DNA of 64,000 nucleotides, from assembly GCF_009914755.1 (NCBI RefSeq), contig NC_060944.1; one strand, given 5' to 3'. The DNA comes from the human T2T-CHM13v2.0 reference genome, Homo sapiens. Position numbers and translations under genes: made by a program. Positions 26,353-39,953 of the stretch are shown here, in pieces. The notes below the pieces were generated by a model. The model had not been told where the DNA came from and made no database searches. It worked only from the letters and a program-made list of their open reading frames with translations. Position 1 is the first letter of the stretch. The number at the start of each line of letters is the position of its first letter.

Positions 26353-26866
26353 ATCGGGTATACTTGGCTGCTGGTTCCCGTGACTAAGACACTTTGTGTC
26401 TCTGGGGCTCAGCTTTCTGTCAGTAAAACAAAATGTCTAACATTCCTGGGCCCAACAAGCTAAGATGAATAGAGTACCTTTGAAAATATGACCAAAAAAA
26501 TAAAATAAAATAAAAAACATGATTTGCTAAATAAATAAACTTTATGAGCAATGGGATAGATTTCCCCTACTCCCCACACCTCGGAAGCAGCTGCCCAGTG
26601 GACACTATGGATCTCAAAATTCCGCCTCCTGGCTCCATCATGATGCTCATTCCATTCAAGGCAGATGAGATATCCAAGGTGGACTCTGCAGGATTACACG
26701 CTTCTCTCCGTCCTCTTACATGAACTTTCTTTCATAGCATTGAGGGTTCCCAGACCTCCCTTTGAAAGGCACACTAAATGCATACACACCTAAATGAATA
26801 AATGAATATTGAGACAGCACAAAGACCCTGGAGATGACACTGCTGTATCAAAACTGTTAATTGATG

Positions 26867-27281
26867 CTTGTAAAGGACTATTTTGGGGTAAAGGGAGCTA
26901 CCCAGCATCCATTCTGCTGTCTTGGGGGAGAGTACCCTGATTTCCTTTGCGGTAATCGCTGTGCCCATGTGGAATCAGTTCTTCAAGACTGAATTTCAAA
27001 TATGCCCTCCCTCTTTTGGGCAACAGCAGAACACACCTCCAGCCAGGCTTCTCAGAGCTGGCCTGGAAAACTCCAAAAAGAGGGTCTTTCCAGTCAGGAC
27101 TCTTCATAGACCCTGATAGCAAGACTCTCTGCAGCAACTGAGTTTTGGTACCAGCTAAGCCTGGCTTCCAAATCTCCCTCTGTCCTGTGAATTGCCTGGT
27201 AGCCTCTCAATAAATCATGGCCTTTCATAAACTAACAAACTGGTTTCTGTTGCTTGTAACCAACCAACACAAATTTTTACA
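26867..27281 (+). mobile_element. Old ERVL/MaLR LTR (LTR33/MLT1-like)
   Basis: 3' signature caataaatc...tggtttctgttgcttgtaacc. Confidence 0.5.
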
Positions 27282-27909
27282 ATGCCAGAAGGGCCGTTCT
27301 TGAAAAAAAAAATTGCCTTCATTCTGTATCTTTCTGTCTCATTTGGGGTCCTCTTTCTAAGCATACTTTTAAATCAATTTTGCTTCCAATTTTACCTTTT
27401 AAAATAAATCTAGATAGCCATAGCCATTTTTTAAGTGCCAGGTAGGGTGGAAGTTGACCAAATATGAACAGAACTACAAAGTTAAATTGAAGAGCTATGC
27501 TTTATAAATACCTGTCTTAAAGGGTAATACGTCTTGAGTGCCCTTACTTTTATTTTATCATTCAGCTCCTATCATCACTTGTGTTAGCTTCCCTCCCCAG
27601 CACTGGTGAGCTAGAACTCTGTGAAGCTGAGATTCTCTGAACTCAACAGGGTCTTGACCTCAATCTGTTGTCCAAACAGGTGCAAATTTGCTGCAAAGCA
27701 TCATTGTCTGCTCCATGTTTTACTGTTCTATTTCACTAAATGCATTTATAAACATGATCCACAATGTCTACAGAATTTCTTAAATCTCTTTCTTTCAAAA
27801 ACATTACAATAAAGGATATAGAGTTACTTGGTATACCTTGTACCTAGGGAACCCTTGGGAGCCCTTTAAACTGTTACTTTCTTCCCAATGTGCCTATAAA
27901 CTCGTCATA

Positions 27910-28445
27910 TAAATATCTGTCCCACAATTTACACCCTGCAATGGTGACCTATAATATTTGGAATAAAATCTAAACTTCTGACCATGGCAAACGAAGCCAT
28001 CTAGTAAATGACCACTTCCTAGAGCTCCACTGCATCGCAGACACCTCCCGACACACTCCTCCTCCCTGCTGCCAGCTCCTGCCCACCCCTCACACAGGCT
28101 GCACTCCTGTCACCTCCGGACCTTGCACTTGCTCTTTCCTCTGCCTGGATTGCTCCTCCTATCTCTAGGACTGGCTCCTCTCCCTGTGCCATGCAGGGCT
28201 TAGCTGAAATGTCACCACTTTAAAAAGACTTTTACGGGCCACTGGGCGTCAGCATCCCCCACCCCCAGCCTGCTGTCTCACATCCACCCTGCTCTGTTTT
28301 ATTTTCCAGGACTCACTGCTTTGCAAACTGCATTATTGATGCTTCGCTTCCTTGTCTGTTGCCTCAACCACAATGCAAGTTCCATGAGAGAAGGGATTTC
28401 ATATTTCTAGCACTAAGTGTCTGGAACAGCATGCTTGTGAAAGAA
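27910..28445 (+). mobile_element. L2
   Basis: ggaataaaatctaaacttctgaccatggc; ggaccttgcacttgctctttcctctgcctgga; aatgcaagttccatgagag. Confidence 0.8.
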
Positions 28446-28630
28446 AGGGAGGAAAGAAGATAATAAGAAAAAAAGAAAGGAAAGCAGAGAGGCAGAGGGG
28501 AAAGAAAGAGCTTTATGAAGCACTGCCATCCATTTGACTGGTATTAATTTCTGTAATCTACGTTTTCAAAAACTAGGACCTCATCTGCCTCTCCCTAAAT
28601 CTTCTAATTATAATAATAACAGTGATTCAT

Positions 28631-29318
<688 letters not shown>

Positions 29319-29929
29319 TGCCTTATGATCATAAAACGTCATACACCAACCGGACCCTGTCTTCATTCATATTATCTCATTTCACCCTCACAATTGCCCA
29401 GTAAGAAACCCCCACTAATTTAGAAACATCCCCATTTCACAGATGGAAAAACTGCAGCCGTTTGCAATTGTTCTCAACAGTGTTTATCAATCATGTGTGA
29501 AAGTGTGTTCAGTGCCAGGTGACAAAACCCACCTTCTCAGGAAAACACGAACTTAACAATGCCCCCATCTCCCCATCCATCTTACACTTTGATTCCATCT
29601 TAACAATATTCCTCATTAATCACCTATTTTCCAAGCTGTAGCTCTTTTTTTTTTAATTTCCTGACCACACTTCTAACATCTTTATGTTTGCTTTCATTAC
29701 TTCTGTGTTTGCAGCAGCTCTAAATTCAGTTTCCTCCCAAGTTTCATTAACGTGCTCTTTGCTTCCTCTTGCAAATCTCAAAGGCAGGCACACTCGATGA
29801 TTTTAAAGCATGTCTTCACTACAAAAGTGAGCGCTGAGCTGGGAGAGAAGGGAAGACAGCACATGAGGTACCATTCCTCACTGAACACCGCAGCCCAAGT
29901 CAAAACCCTGGCAACTCCCTGTCCCGATG

Positions 29930-30620
29930 AGGCTGCGGGGTGGAGAGGGGTCATAGGTACCATTTCTTGCTCATCAGGTGCAAATTGGTACAACTTTTCT
30001 GTGACACATTTGGCAACTGCTATAAAACTTACCAATGCATTTACCTTTTGGCTCAGAGTAAACTCCGTCGGAAACACCGCTCCTAGAAACATATTTCTAT
30101 ACGTAAATGTTTACATATACACTGGCACATGTGTAAAGAAAGGAATACCCACGTTTATTCAGTGTTGTTTCTAATTCAATGCAGTGCTGTTTCTAATAAT
30201 AGCACATTATAAACAATCTATGGGGTCAATCAACAGAGGAATGGTCCAGTAAATCATGGTATAGCTATATAACAGAGCATTAGAAAGCTGAAAAAAAGAA
30301 GAAATAAGCCCTTTATATTCAAATATAAAAGGAACTATAAGAGAACATATTCCAAGTAGAAAAAGCAGGTACAGAATAATATGTATACATGGATGACTTT
30401 TTGTTTAAAAAAGCAAAAGATCCATTTTTAAACTTAGATGAAGAAAAATATCACATGAAGGGTAAACAAGAAACCACTAACAATGGCTACAAGTTTTGGT
30501 TTTGGAGGCTTTGGGAATTAGGACAGGAAAAATATTTCCTGCTACTTATCTTTTTATCTTTTTTATATTTTTGGTATACATGACTGGATGACCTTGTCAA
30601 AAATTAAAATTAAAAATTCG
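29930..30620 (+). mobile_element. Old L1 (L1ME-type) 3' region
   Basis: gtgcaaattggtacaacttttctg...atttggcaa; aaatcatggtatagctatata; gtagaaaaagcaggtacagaataatatgtata. Confidence 0.7.
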
Positions 30621-30844
30621 ATGGGGAAAATAGAGATTGAATTATTCAACATCCTAATTCCCAAAGAACAACATCACTGGCCATTACTCATCACTGGAGG
30701 ATTGATGTAGTATCAGAACATCTTAAAATTCTTTTCATCATGCCAAAATTTATTAAAACTAAGAAGGTGGATCCTTTCAGCCACAATTTGGTGAATCTGA
30801 TGTTCTTAACAAAGAATTTTTTGAAGGAGAGGGTGGTGCTGTTT

Positions 30845-31494
30845 TCAGCTGATGACTGGTTTTGTCTGCCTTGAATCTTTGCCCCCTTCCTCTTGTTACA
30901 ATATCCTTCCTTTGTTTTCAAAAACTGTCCCTCCACCATCTGGTGACACAGATTTACCTCCATCACGTGACAAGGTGGTCATGTGACTCAGGCTGGTATG
31001 CAACAGGAATCCTCTGACCTCATGCACAGTGATTGGCCCAGGATAGGACACATGACCCAAGCAGAGCCAGTCAGGACCCTTCTTCCAGGAAAGGGAAAGG
31101 CAGGCCCTTACCCGCACGGAGACAATGGGCATTAAAGACACACAGCCTAGAAGCTTGCAGTGAGCCGAGATAGCGCCACCGCACTCCATCCTGGGCAACA
31201 GAGTGAGACTCCGGCTCAAAAAAAAAAAAAAAAAAAAAAAAGACACACAGCCTAGAGCTGCCAATGGCCTTCTCTGTTGCCACACAGGATCAGGAGGGTA
31301 GAGACAATTAAGAATAAACACAATAAAGAGAAATGCAGAGCCCAAAAAGGGAGAGAAGTGGAGTCCGAATGACAGTTTGAATTCCTGCATCCAGCTATAC
31401 CTGAAGTAGCACCAATCCATAAATTCTCTACATCGCTGGGGCCAAGTTAAATGAGTTTATATCACTTGGAACCAAAAGAATCCTGACTAATATG
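30845..31494 (+). mobile_element. MLT1K/L-type LTR
   Basis: cacagtgattggcccaggataggacacatgacccaag; ends cacttggaaccaaaagaatcctgactaata. Confidence 0.75.
31152..31238 (+). mobile_element. Severely 5'-truncated AluY with perfect TSD
   Basis: Y-type agcttgcagtgagccgagat...ctc plus A-tail; TSD aaagacacacagcctaga 31134-31151 / 31239-31256. Confidence 0.92.
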
Positions 31495-31929
31495 CTCTTA
31501 GCCAATGATTAGCAGCATTGAGGTATGTGTTCAGTTTTAAGGTTGGTTCACCCTGATCACCTTACCAGCTTCTTCTGGATTCTTCTTACAACTAAAGACT
31601 ATATCAATTGTTGCTACAATCCTGCTCTCATTCGTTTCACACCCTTACCTACAAAGTTAACACCACAAATCAATCACTACTTTAAAGGGATTGCTCTGAC
31701 AAATGAGTGCTGTCAAAAAGAACAAATCTCCTTTGACAGTGACAGTTCTTCGGGGTGAAGATAAAGCACAGAGTAGACAACAAAGTCACCATCGTCGCAG
31801 GCTGTGATGTTATTTATTCCTATCTAATTCGTCTGAGGCCCACCTACTTCAGTACTTGAGGTTCCACAAACAGTTTAAGAGAATGAATGACTGAAAACAC
31901 ACCATCCAGAATCCCTTCCAACTAAGGAA

Positions 31930-32136
31930 GGTAGCATGATTGGGGGGTTTTGGCATCAAACAGAACCCAAATTCAAGACTCTGCCATGTAGCAGCTGTGT
32001 GTCTTTGATCCAGCCACCTAAGCCTTCTGCACCTCAGCTCTGAGCTGTAGAATGAGGATGAAAAATGTTCCTAACTCACAGGATTGCTGTAAAGACCTGA
32101 AGAAACGTTGCAGATGAGGAGCTAAGCACGATGCCA
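31930..32136 (+). mobile_element. MIR (resumes at 32671 after the LTR)
   Basis: gcagctgtgtgtctttg...ctcacaggattgctgtaaag; aagtaagtgctcaata after the LTR. Confidence 0.7.
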
Positions 32137-32137
32137 T

Positions 32138-32670
32138 TGGTGGGGTTCAGAATACGCTACCCCAAAATGTGGCACCTTGGCATACAGAGTAAGCTAAAGG
32201 AAGTTGAGGAAGGGCATGTATGGGAAAGGCTCTTCGACCTTCCCCTGAAGACTTCATAGAACCTAGGAAGGATTTTCTGACCTACCCCTAAAGCAGATCA
32301 TGAGACCCTCATGAGAGAGGCACCCTCCCTATCCCTGGAGGAGAGGAACATTCTATCTCTAAGACACAGGGACACAAAGACGAATCTGAACAAATAGGCC
32401 TTACTGAGTTTACCCCATGCTCCTTACATTTAGCTCATCTGCCCTTGGTCCTATCATGTTTCTTCACCACTGTCCGCTCTTCCTCAAACCCCGCATAACA
32501 AACACTCAAGTGTAACTATTTCTTCAGGTCTCCTTTTAAAGTTTCCCATGTCATGTAAAACTGATATTAAATAAATGTGAATGGCTTGCTCTTGTTAATC
32601 TCTTTTATTAGAGGCCCCAGCCAATGAACCTAAGATGAATAGAGGGAAAAGATAACTTTCCTCCACTGCA
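32138..32670 (+). mobile_element. LTR37-like (ERV1) solo LTR
   Basis: ggggttcagaatacgctaccccaaaatgtggcaccttggcat; aataaa near 3' end; ends CA. Confidence 0.7.
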
Positions 32671-32889
32671 AAGTAAGTGCTCAATATAGAGTAACAATCA
32701 ACACCATGTATTTGTTCAGTAACATCAACTGATCTCATATGAGTAAAGCTCAGTGGTAGATGATGTGAAGAATGTAAAGTCCATCAGACATGGATCCTCC
32801 CTTCCAAGAGCTTACCATCTACTAATAAGAGAGCTAGGACTAGTATATAAATCATTACAAATAAAATAATAATAATAATAACCCATCTT

Positions 32890-33020
32890 AACCAGGCACT
32901 GGAGATTCAACAACAAATAAGGTAATAATCTTTGCCTTAATGGAGGGTATGTTTCATTGGAGGGGACCAGCAATAAATAATGAAGTGTGTAATTTAAAGT
33001 TCTGATAAGAAGTACACCAT
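32890..33020 (-). mobile_element. L2 fragment (resumes at ~34010-34060)
   Basis: ggcactggagattcaacaacaaataag; later tcaggagcggcttccctgaggaggtgacgtttcagctg. Confidence 0.6.
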
Positions 33021-33029
33021 GTTAGGAGA

Positions 33030-33986
33030 GCAACAATAGGGAGTTTTAGGTGGAAGATCTACACACGAAAGTGACGTATGGAGAAAGTGCCCCTCAGGGG
33101 AGATATCAGGAAGAAGATGGAAGACAGAAACAGGATAAGGAAGGGGAGGAGGCCAGGCAAGGGGTGACCCCCTTAAAGTCACACGGAGAGCAGCTTCAGC
33201 TAACCCCACAGGCAACTCTGCAATGCAAATTATGCCTCAGGGTTGTCCCAATCTGTGGCCAACAAGCCAGAAATGTATCATTCCACAACTGCAGACCTTG
33301 GCGAAGGCCCACCCTGGGAGACATAAACCCAGGCACTTCTGGCACTTTTGGGTTGTGGACCAGTTGTCTCCAGCAGCCCAGGGAAATCCTCTGAGCAAAG
33401 GAGCAGGTGTGGGTGGTGGGAAGCAGAAGCCCACAAAGCCAGGGAGGGGCACTCAGAGCACTAGTGGGACCCCAGGACAGGGACCCCAACCCAGGCCACA
33501 CAGCAGCACGTGAGTGGCAGATGTGCAAGCGAAGCTTCATCTGTATTTACAGAAGCTCCCCATAGCTCGCATTACTGCCTAAGCTCCGACTCCTGTCAGA
33601 TCAGCGGCCACATTAGATTCTCATAGGAGCACAAACCCTATTGTGAACTGTATATGCACGGGATGTAGGTCGTGTGCTCCTTATGAGAATCTAATGCCTG
33701 ATGATCTGTCACAGTCTCCCATCACTTCCAGATGTGGGTTGCAGGAAAACGAGATCAGGGCTCCCACTGATTCTATATTATGATGAGTTGTATAAATTAT
33801 TTCATTGTGTATTACAATGTAATAATATTAGAAAGTACACAATAAATGTAATGCACTTGAATCATCCCAAAACCATCCCCCCACCTCCTCCAGTCCATGG
33901 AAAAATTGTCTTCCATGAAACCAGTCCCTTGGAACTCCGCCAGTCCCCCTGGGGGATGTGGCGGAGTTCCAACAGTGTCCATGACA
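33030..33986 (-). mobile_element. Old ERVL LTR (LTR16-like), host of MER1A
   Basis: acaggataaggaaggggaggaggccaggcaaggg...; terminus ggggatgtggcggagttccaacagtgtccatgaca. Confidence 0.5.
33478..33930 (+). mobile_element. MER1A (hAT-Charlie) lacking its right TIR
   Basis: cattagattctcataggagcac...gtgctccttatgagaatctaatg; gtccatggaaaaattgtcttccatgaaaccagtccct. Confidence 0.9.
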
Positions 33987-34596
33987 CATGGGCTCTTAGC
34001 CTCCTGTTAGTGATGGGTTATCAGGAGCGGCTTCCCTGAGGAGGTGACGTTTCAGCTGCATAGGAGTAGCTAGGCAAACAGCAGGGGAAATTGACTGTGA
34101 GATTAATTACAGGGTTATTTAGATGTAAAATGTTTGTGAAAGGCAGTGAACCTGGGGATCTTGTAGGATGCCACTCCCATCTGTGCTCCGTCTGCAGCCC
34201 TGACACCGCTCTCTGCCGAAGCCAAAGCCATTAGCGGTGGTGCCAGGTGGTGGGGCTCATTGCTGCCTCTGGTGACGTGCGCTGTAATGGGAGATCAAGG
34301 GCTCTTATCAGGAAGCACTTGACAGCCTCACCGCTAAACAACTCAACCTTCGGTGGCCAATTTCATTGCTTATCACAAATGCTCCCAAACACAGAGCTCT
34401 TGCGCTCTGGGCTGCTGCGGCAGATCGATGAGGAAGCTCCCCAACTCTCCAAGCCCATCACCATGGATCATGTCTGCCAGCACAAAAGTTCTAAAAGACC
34501 TCCACTTTCACTTCCACACGTGTTCCTAACTCCGGCTGAGAAAATGAGATCCAAGAAGCAAGCTTGAAGAGAAACTCCACGTGGATCTATCTAGAT

Positions 34597-34816
34597 CAGT
34601 GCTTCTCAACCTAGAGGTGGTTTTGGCCTGCAGGAAACATTGGCAGTGTCTGGGGACATTTGTGCTTTTCAGGACTGTGGGGGGCAGGGGTGCTCCTGGC
34701 ATCTAGTGGGCAGTGGCCAGGGACACTGCTAGACATCCTGTAAGGCCCAGGACAGCCCCCACAACAAAGAATTATTTGGCCCAAAATGGCAATAATGCCA
34801 AGGTTCAGAAACCAAG
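34597..34816 (+). mobile_element. MER20
   Basis: cagtgcttctcaacc...caggacagcccccacaacaaagaattat; left flank atctagat is a typical Charlie target. Confidence 0.9.
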
Positions 34817-34899
34817 GTCTGGAACAATAGTGTGTGGCAAAGGTCAGCTCTCTAATCTACAAACTCTCTTTTTCTTGCCAAGATCAGAAACATGATATA

Positions 34900-35435
34900 T
34901 GTAGGTCATGATGTTTTTCCGTTTTTCAAGTGGCAAAAAAAACCCTATTCAAGCCATCTTAAGTATAAAATGGGACTTATTGTACAAATAATTGATTAGG
35001 CAGGGCAAAACCCAGAGGTTCTAATGATGCCATCAGAAATAATCTCAGTATCTCTTTCTGTCTCCCTCCCCTCTTTCTTCCTTCCCTCCCTTCCTCCTTC
35101 CCTCTCTCTGTTCTTTTTTCCTCCTTCCTTTTTGTCTTATTCTGAAGTAGCCTCGCTCCTTGTGGAGGCTATAAAGAGCAACAGCTTATGTTCTGCTAAA
35201 TTGATAACCTCAGGGCAAGAGCACTCCTTCCTGATACTTCATGTCATGATCTAGCAATTGGCTGGATTTTCCAACCTAGGTGACTTGACCACCCCTGAAC
35301 CAATCACCATAGCCAGGAATGTAGCACTGTCATTGGTCACACCTGAGTCAGGCGTCCACCTGTAGAGTCAGGGTGAGTAAACCTACCCAGAACCATGGAC
35401 TGAGATTGGGCTCCAAGGGAAATAGGGATGCTCTA
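34900..35435 (-). mobile_element. MLT1K/L-type LTR
   Basis: cacccctgaaccaatcaccatagccagg. Confidence 0.65.
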
Positions 35436-35519
35436 CGTGTAATTGTTTATTCAATCCTCACATCAGCCCTGGAACAAAGATAATACATTGTATCCATGGA
35501 CAGGGAAGTCCCATTGAGA

Positions 35520-35735
35520 AGACAGCATGGCAGCATGACTGGGATGTGGTGTCAGGAGCCAGGCAGCCCAGGGTCAGTTCCCAGCTCTACAACTGACACT
35601 AGGCAATGGTGTTTGGTTTCCTTGTCTGCATAGTGGGAAATGGCTTGTTTTGAGAATCAAATGAGTTAATACATATAAAGGGTTTTAAATCATGCCTGGG
35701 ACAGACAGAAAGCCCTTGATAAGTGCTGGTGGTTG
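35520..35735 (+). mobile_element. MIR
   Basis: ttgttttgagaatcaaatgagttaatacatataaag. Confidence 0.7.
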
Positions 35736-36733
35736 TTTCTGAGAATTAACCCAAGCAATCCAAGGGGTGCTTTTCACGTAACTTATGTAAGTTTTCTGTT
35801 AACTTGGATCGGATTTTATAATCCCATCCAAGTTTACAGAAGAAACTGAAATCCAGAAAAAAAATCTGACTTCTTTCAGATCATGCAGGTCTGTGGCAAA
35901 TACAGGACAAAAGGGCCCACTTGTCCTGACCCCTGTCCAGGGCTCTTTTCACTGCCCCACGGACCCTTTGGAAGATTCAGTGCACTCTAAATTCCATCAG
36001 CCCCAACAGGTGGCCATCCACCCTGGAAGCCAGCCCATGTTGATTTTATAAACTTTCCATCCACCATGACATGCTGGCCTCCCCAAATATAAAGCATCCC
36101 CAGCCGTGATAGGGGTTGAGAGCCTCACCTTTCTCAGTCAACTGGGGGTCATCCTACTCCCGTGGCTGCACAAGGGGGAGGCGGTCACAGTTTTAAGGTT
36201 CATTCACACACTGCTCTGGCTTTCCGGCAGCCTCCTTCACTCTTTCTCAGGCTCCCTGGAAACCCATCAGCCCCATGATATTTATTACCTGCTCCTTCCA
36301 TTTATGAGTTAGTGATGGAAAAAGAGAAGCTGTGTACTTCTTTCAGGCAGCATGAGAGGCAGAGAGAAGAAAAGGTTATGGCTGTGTTTACTTTACTTAG
36401 TGCTGTTTTCCAGGCTGCCTCCCAATTGACGCTCAACAGCAATCCAATAGCATATTATTAACCAAAGAGCTTTCTCAGATAAACACCAAACAGCTGCTAT
36501 AATGACACACGACCTAGGTGGAGAGGCAAAGATAAATGCTAATTTTAAAATTAAATTGCTATTTCCCTGCATGTCTAAGAGAATGGGAAAAGAATGATGG
36601 GAATAAGTGATAGGAAGTAATGATGTAAATGGAACTGGGTCGTCTCTACCCATCCACAACGAGGTCAAAGAGAAAGGGCTGAGACTGTCTTAAGAATTAA
36701 CATTATTGAACGTTTAACACATGCCAGATATGA

Positions 36734-37102
<369 letters not shown>

Positions 37103-37115
37103 TTAGGATGGATCG

Positions 37116-37475
37116 TGATATGGTTTGGCTGTGTTTCCACTCAAATCTCATCTTGAATTGTAGCTCCCATAACCCCATGTCATGGGAGGGACCTGGTGGG
37201 AGGTAACTGAATCATGAGGGCAGGTTTTTTCCATGCTGTTCTTGTGATAGTGAATAAGTCTCATGCCATCTGATGGTTTTATAAAGGGCAGTTCCCCTGC
37301 ACACACTCTCTTGCCTGCCACCACGTAAGACGTGCCTTCGCTTCTCCTTTGCCTTCCACCATGATTGTGAGGCCTCCCCAACCATGTGGAACTGTGAGTC
37401 CATTAAACCTCTTTCCTTTATAAATTACTCTGTCTTGGATATGTCTTTATTAGCAGCATTAGAAGGAACTATACA
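37116..37475 (+). mobile_element. THE1B-type solo LTR
   Basis: tgatatggtttggctgtgt...gtccattaaacctctttcctttataaattac...ataca. Confidence 0.92.
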
Positions 37476-37904
37476 GCTCTCCATTCTACAGTTGAGAAAA
37501 CTGGGGCTAAAAGAGATGAAGTAATTGGGACAAAGTCATAAGTGGAATAAGTGGAGAGGCCAGGATTTGAATCCTGCCAGACTGGCTCCAAATCCCATGA
37601 GATTAAGCATTATGCTAAATTACCTCCTGGGCCTGTGCAGAGGGCTGTAGCATTTGTCAGATTTGAAGGTATATTTTGAGTTAATCTGTCACTTACCTAA
37701 CAAAATATTTACCAACTCCCAGTTGTTAGCCAATGAGATGGGAATCACAAAACGACCTAGAACACTCTCTTGCTTTTTTCTAAGAACAGCTTACACATAA
37801 CCTTCCAGAGGGAAATCAGGACTCTTCTGAAAGAAAGACTAATACAGCACATCAGTTGGAGGTCCAGCATTTTCTTTTTGGGTTACCAAGGTCCATTCAA
37901 ACCT

Positions 37905-38095
37905 GGAGACCATGTAGCTCGGTGGTTAGGCCGTTGAGAGACCCAAGTTTAAACTCCAGGTTCTCCTCTCATATGCTGGATGCCATCTCAGCAAAGTGAC
38001 ACAACCTCTTTAAGCATTTTTCCTTTTAGCGTAAAATAGAGAAAATAATCATATCTACCACTTGGGGTTCTTGTAAGGATTAAACAAAGATCTTT
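37905..38095 (+). mobile_element. MIR
   Basis: gtaaaatagagaaaataatcatatctaccacttggggttcttgtaaggattaaa. Confidence 0.7.
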
Positions 38096-38249
38096 ATCAT
38101 TCTGCTGAAGTTCGAGTTTGCCTGCAGGAATTAGGCTACTGACTTCTACCCTGCTGTTCTTAACTGTCAAACATAGTTTTGCCATCACCCAAGTGTCCCT
38201 GGCCTAAGCATCCCTGTAGCCAGTCATGGAAATCTTTTTGTTGCAGCCT

Positions 38250-38263
38250 GTGCCCTCTGGTGG
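38250..38263 (-). promoter_or_regulatory. CTCF core motif
   Basis: Reverse complement CCACCAGAGGGCAC matches CCASYAGRKGGCRS at 14/14, in unique sequence. Confidence 0.55.
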
Positions 38264-38549
38264 AACCTAAAACCATCTGCACCCATTGCTCCAAGGAGAT
38301 GGCTCAGCTCAAGCCTGGTGAAGTTCCACGCACAGTGCAGCTGCACAGTGGCATCAGTGGATGCTATCATCATCATGAAATCCAAACTGATTTCCCTACT
38401 AGGAATTGGAATAAGGATATTGATAGGGCTGTCTTTCTCCTTCCTCAAAACTCCTCACACTGGTGGGCTGAGATCTCCTACAGTCAAGTTACCTCTGACT
38501 GTCCTAAGTCTCCATTCAATACAGTAGTTAGTACAAACCCTGCCCGCAG

Positions 38550-38800
38550 CAATAATAGCCAACATTTTTAGCACCTAACTAATCCCAAGCACTGAGCTAA
38601 GCACTCCATAAACATAAGCCCAGGGAAGCCTCAGCACATCATCACAAAGTAGAGATGGTTATCATTTGCACTTTACATGTGGAGATACTGAGGCTCAGAA
38701 AGGGCCTTTCTCTTGCCCCCAGATCACACTCGCTGGAGGTAACAGAACTGGACTTCAAGCCAAAGTCTGCTGGCTGCAGAGCCTGAGATCACAGCCATTC
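38550..38800 (-). mobile_element. MIR
   Basis: cactttacatgtggagatactgaggctcagaaagg. Confidence 0.75.
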
Positions 38801-39026
38801 TGCTAGGGGTCAGAGTCTGTCTGCAGCAGTGAAGGTCCATGGCAGCGTGTTCCTGGCTGCTGCCTTCAAGTGCCCTTCAGAAAAAGTGAAACTCACTCTA
38901 AGAATCTCAGAGGCTGAATCAAAAGCCCCCTAGTAATATTCTGTGCCCTCTAGGTTTCTAAATCCTGTTATCCTCCAGCCAAGAGGCGTGGCTCAAGCAT
39001 GTCTCCACCTGTGATGATTAGCATAG

Positions 39027-39953
<927 letters not shown>

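Noticed and set aside
30896-31420. 174-aa minus-strand ORF
   Set aside because: Runs through MLT1 and a truncated Alu; its repeated LGCVS peptide reflects the TSD
33610-33697. Long hairpin cattagattctcataggagcac...gtgctccttatgagaatctaatg
   Set aside because: It is an intrinsic internal inverted repeat of MER1 elements, not locus-specific
34261-34275. CTCF-like tcaccagaggcagca on the minus strand
   Set aside because: One base short in the GGC core, so a poor match
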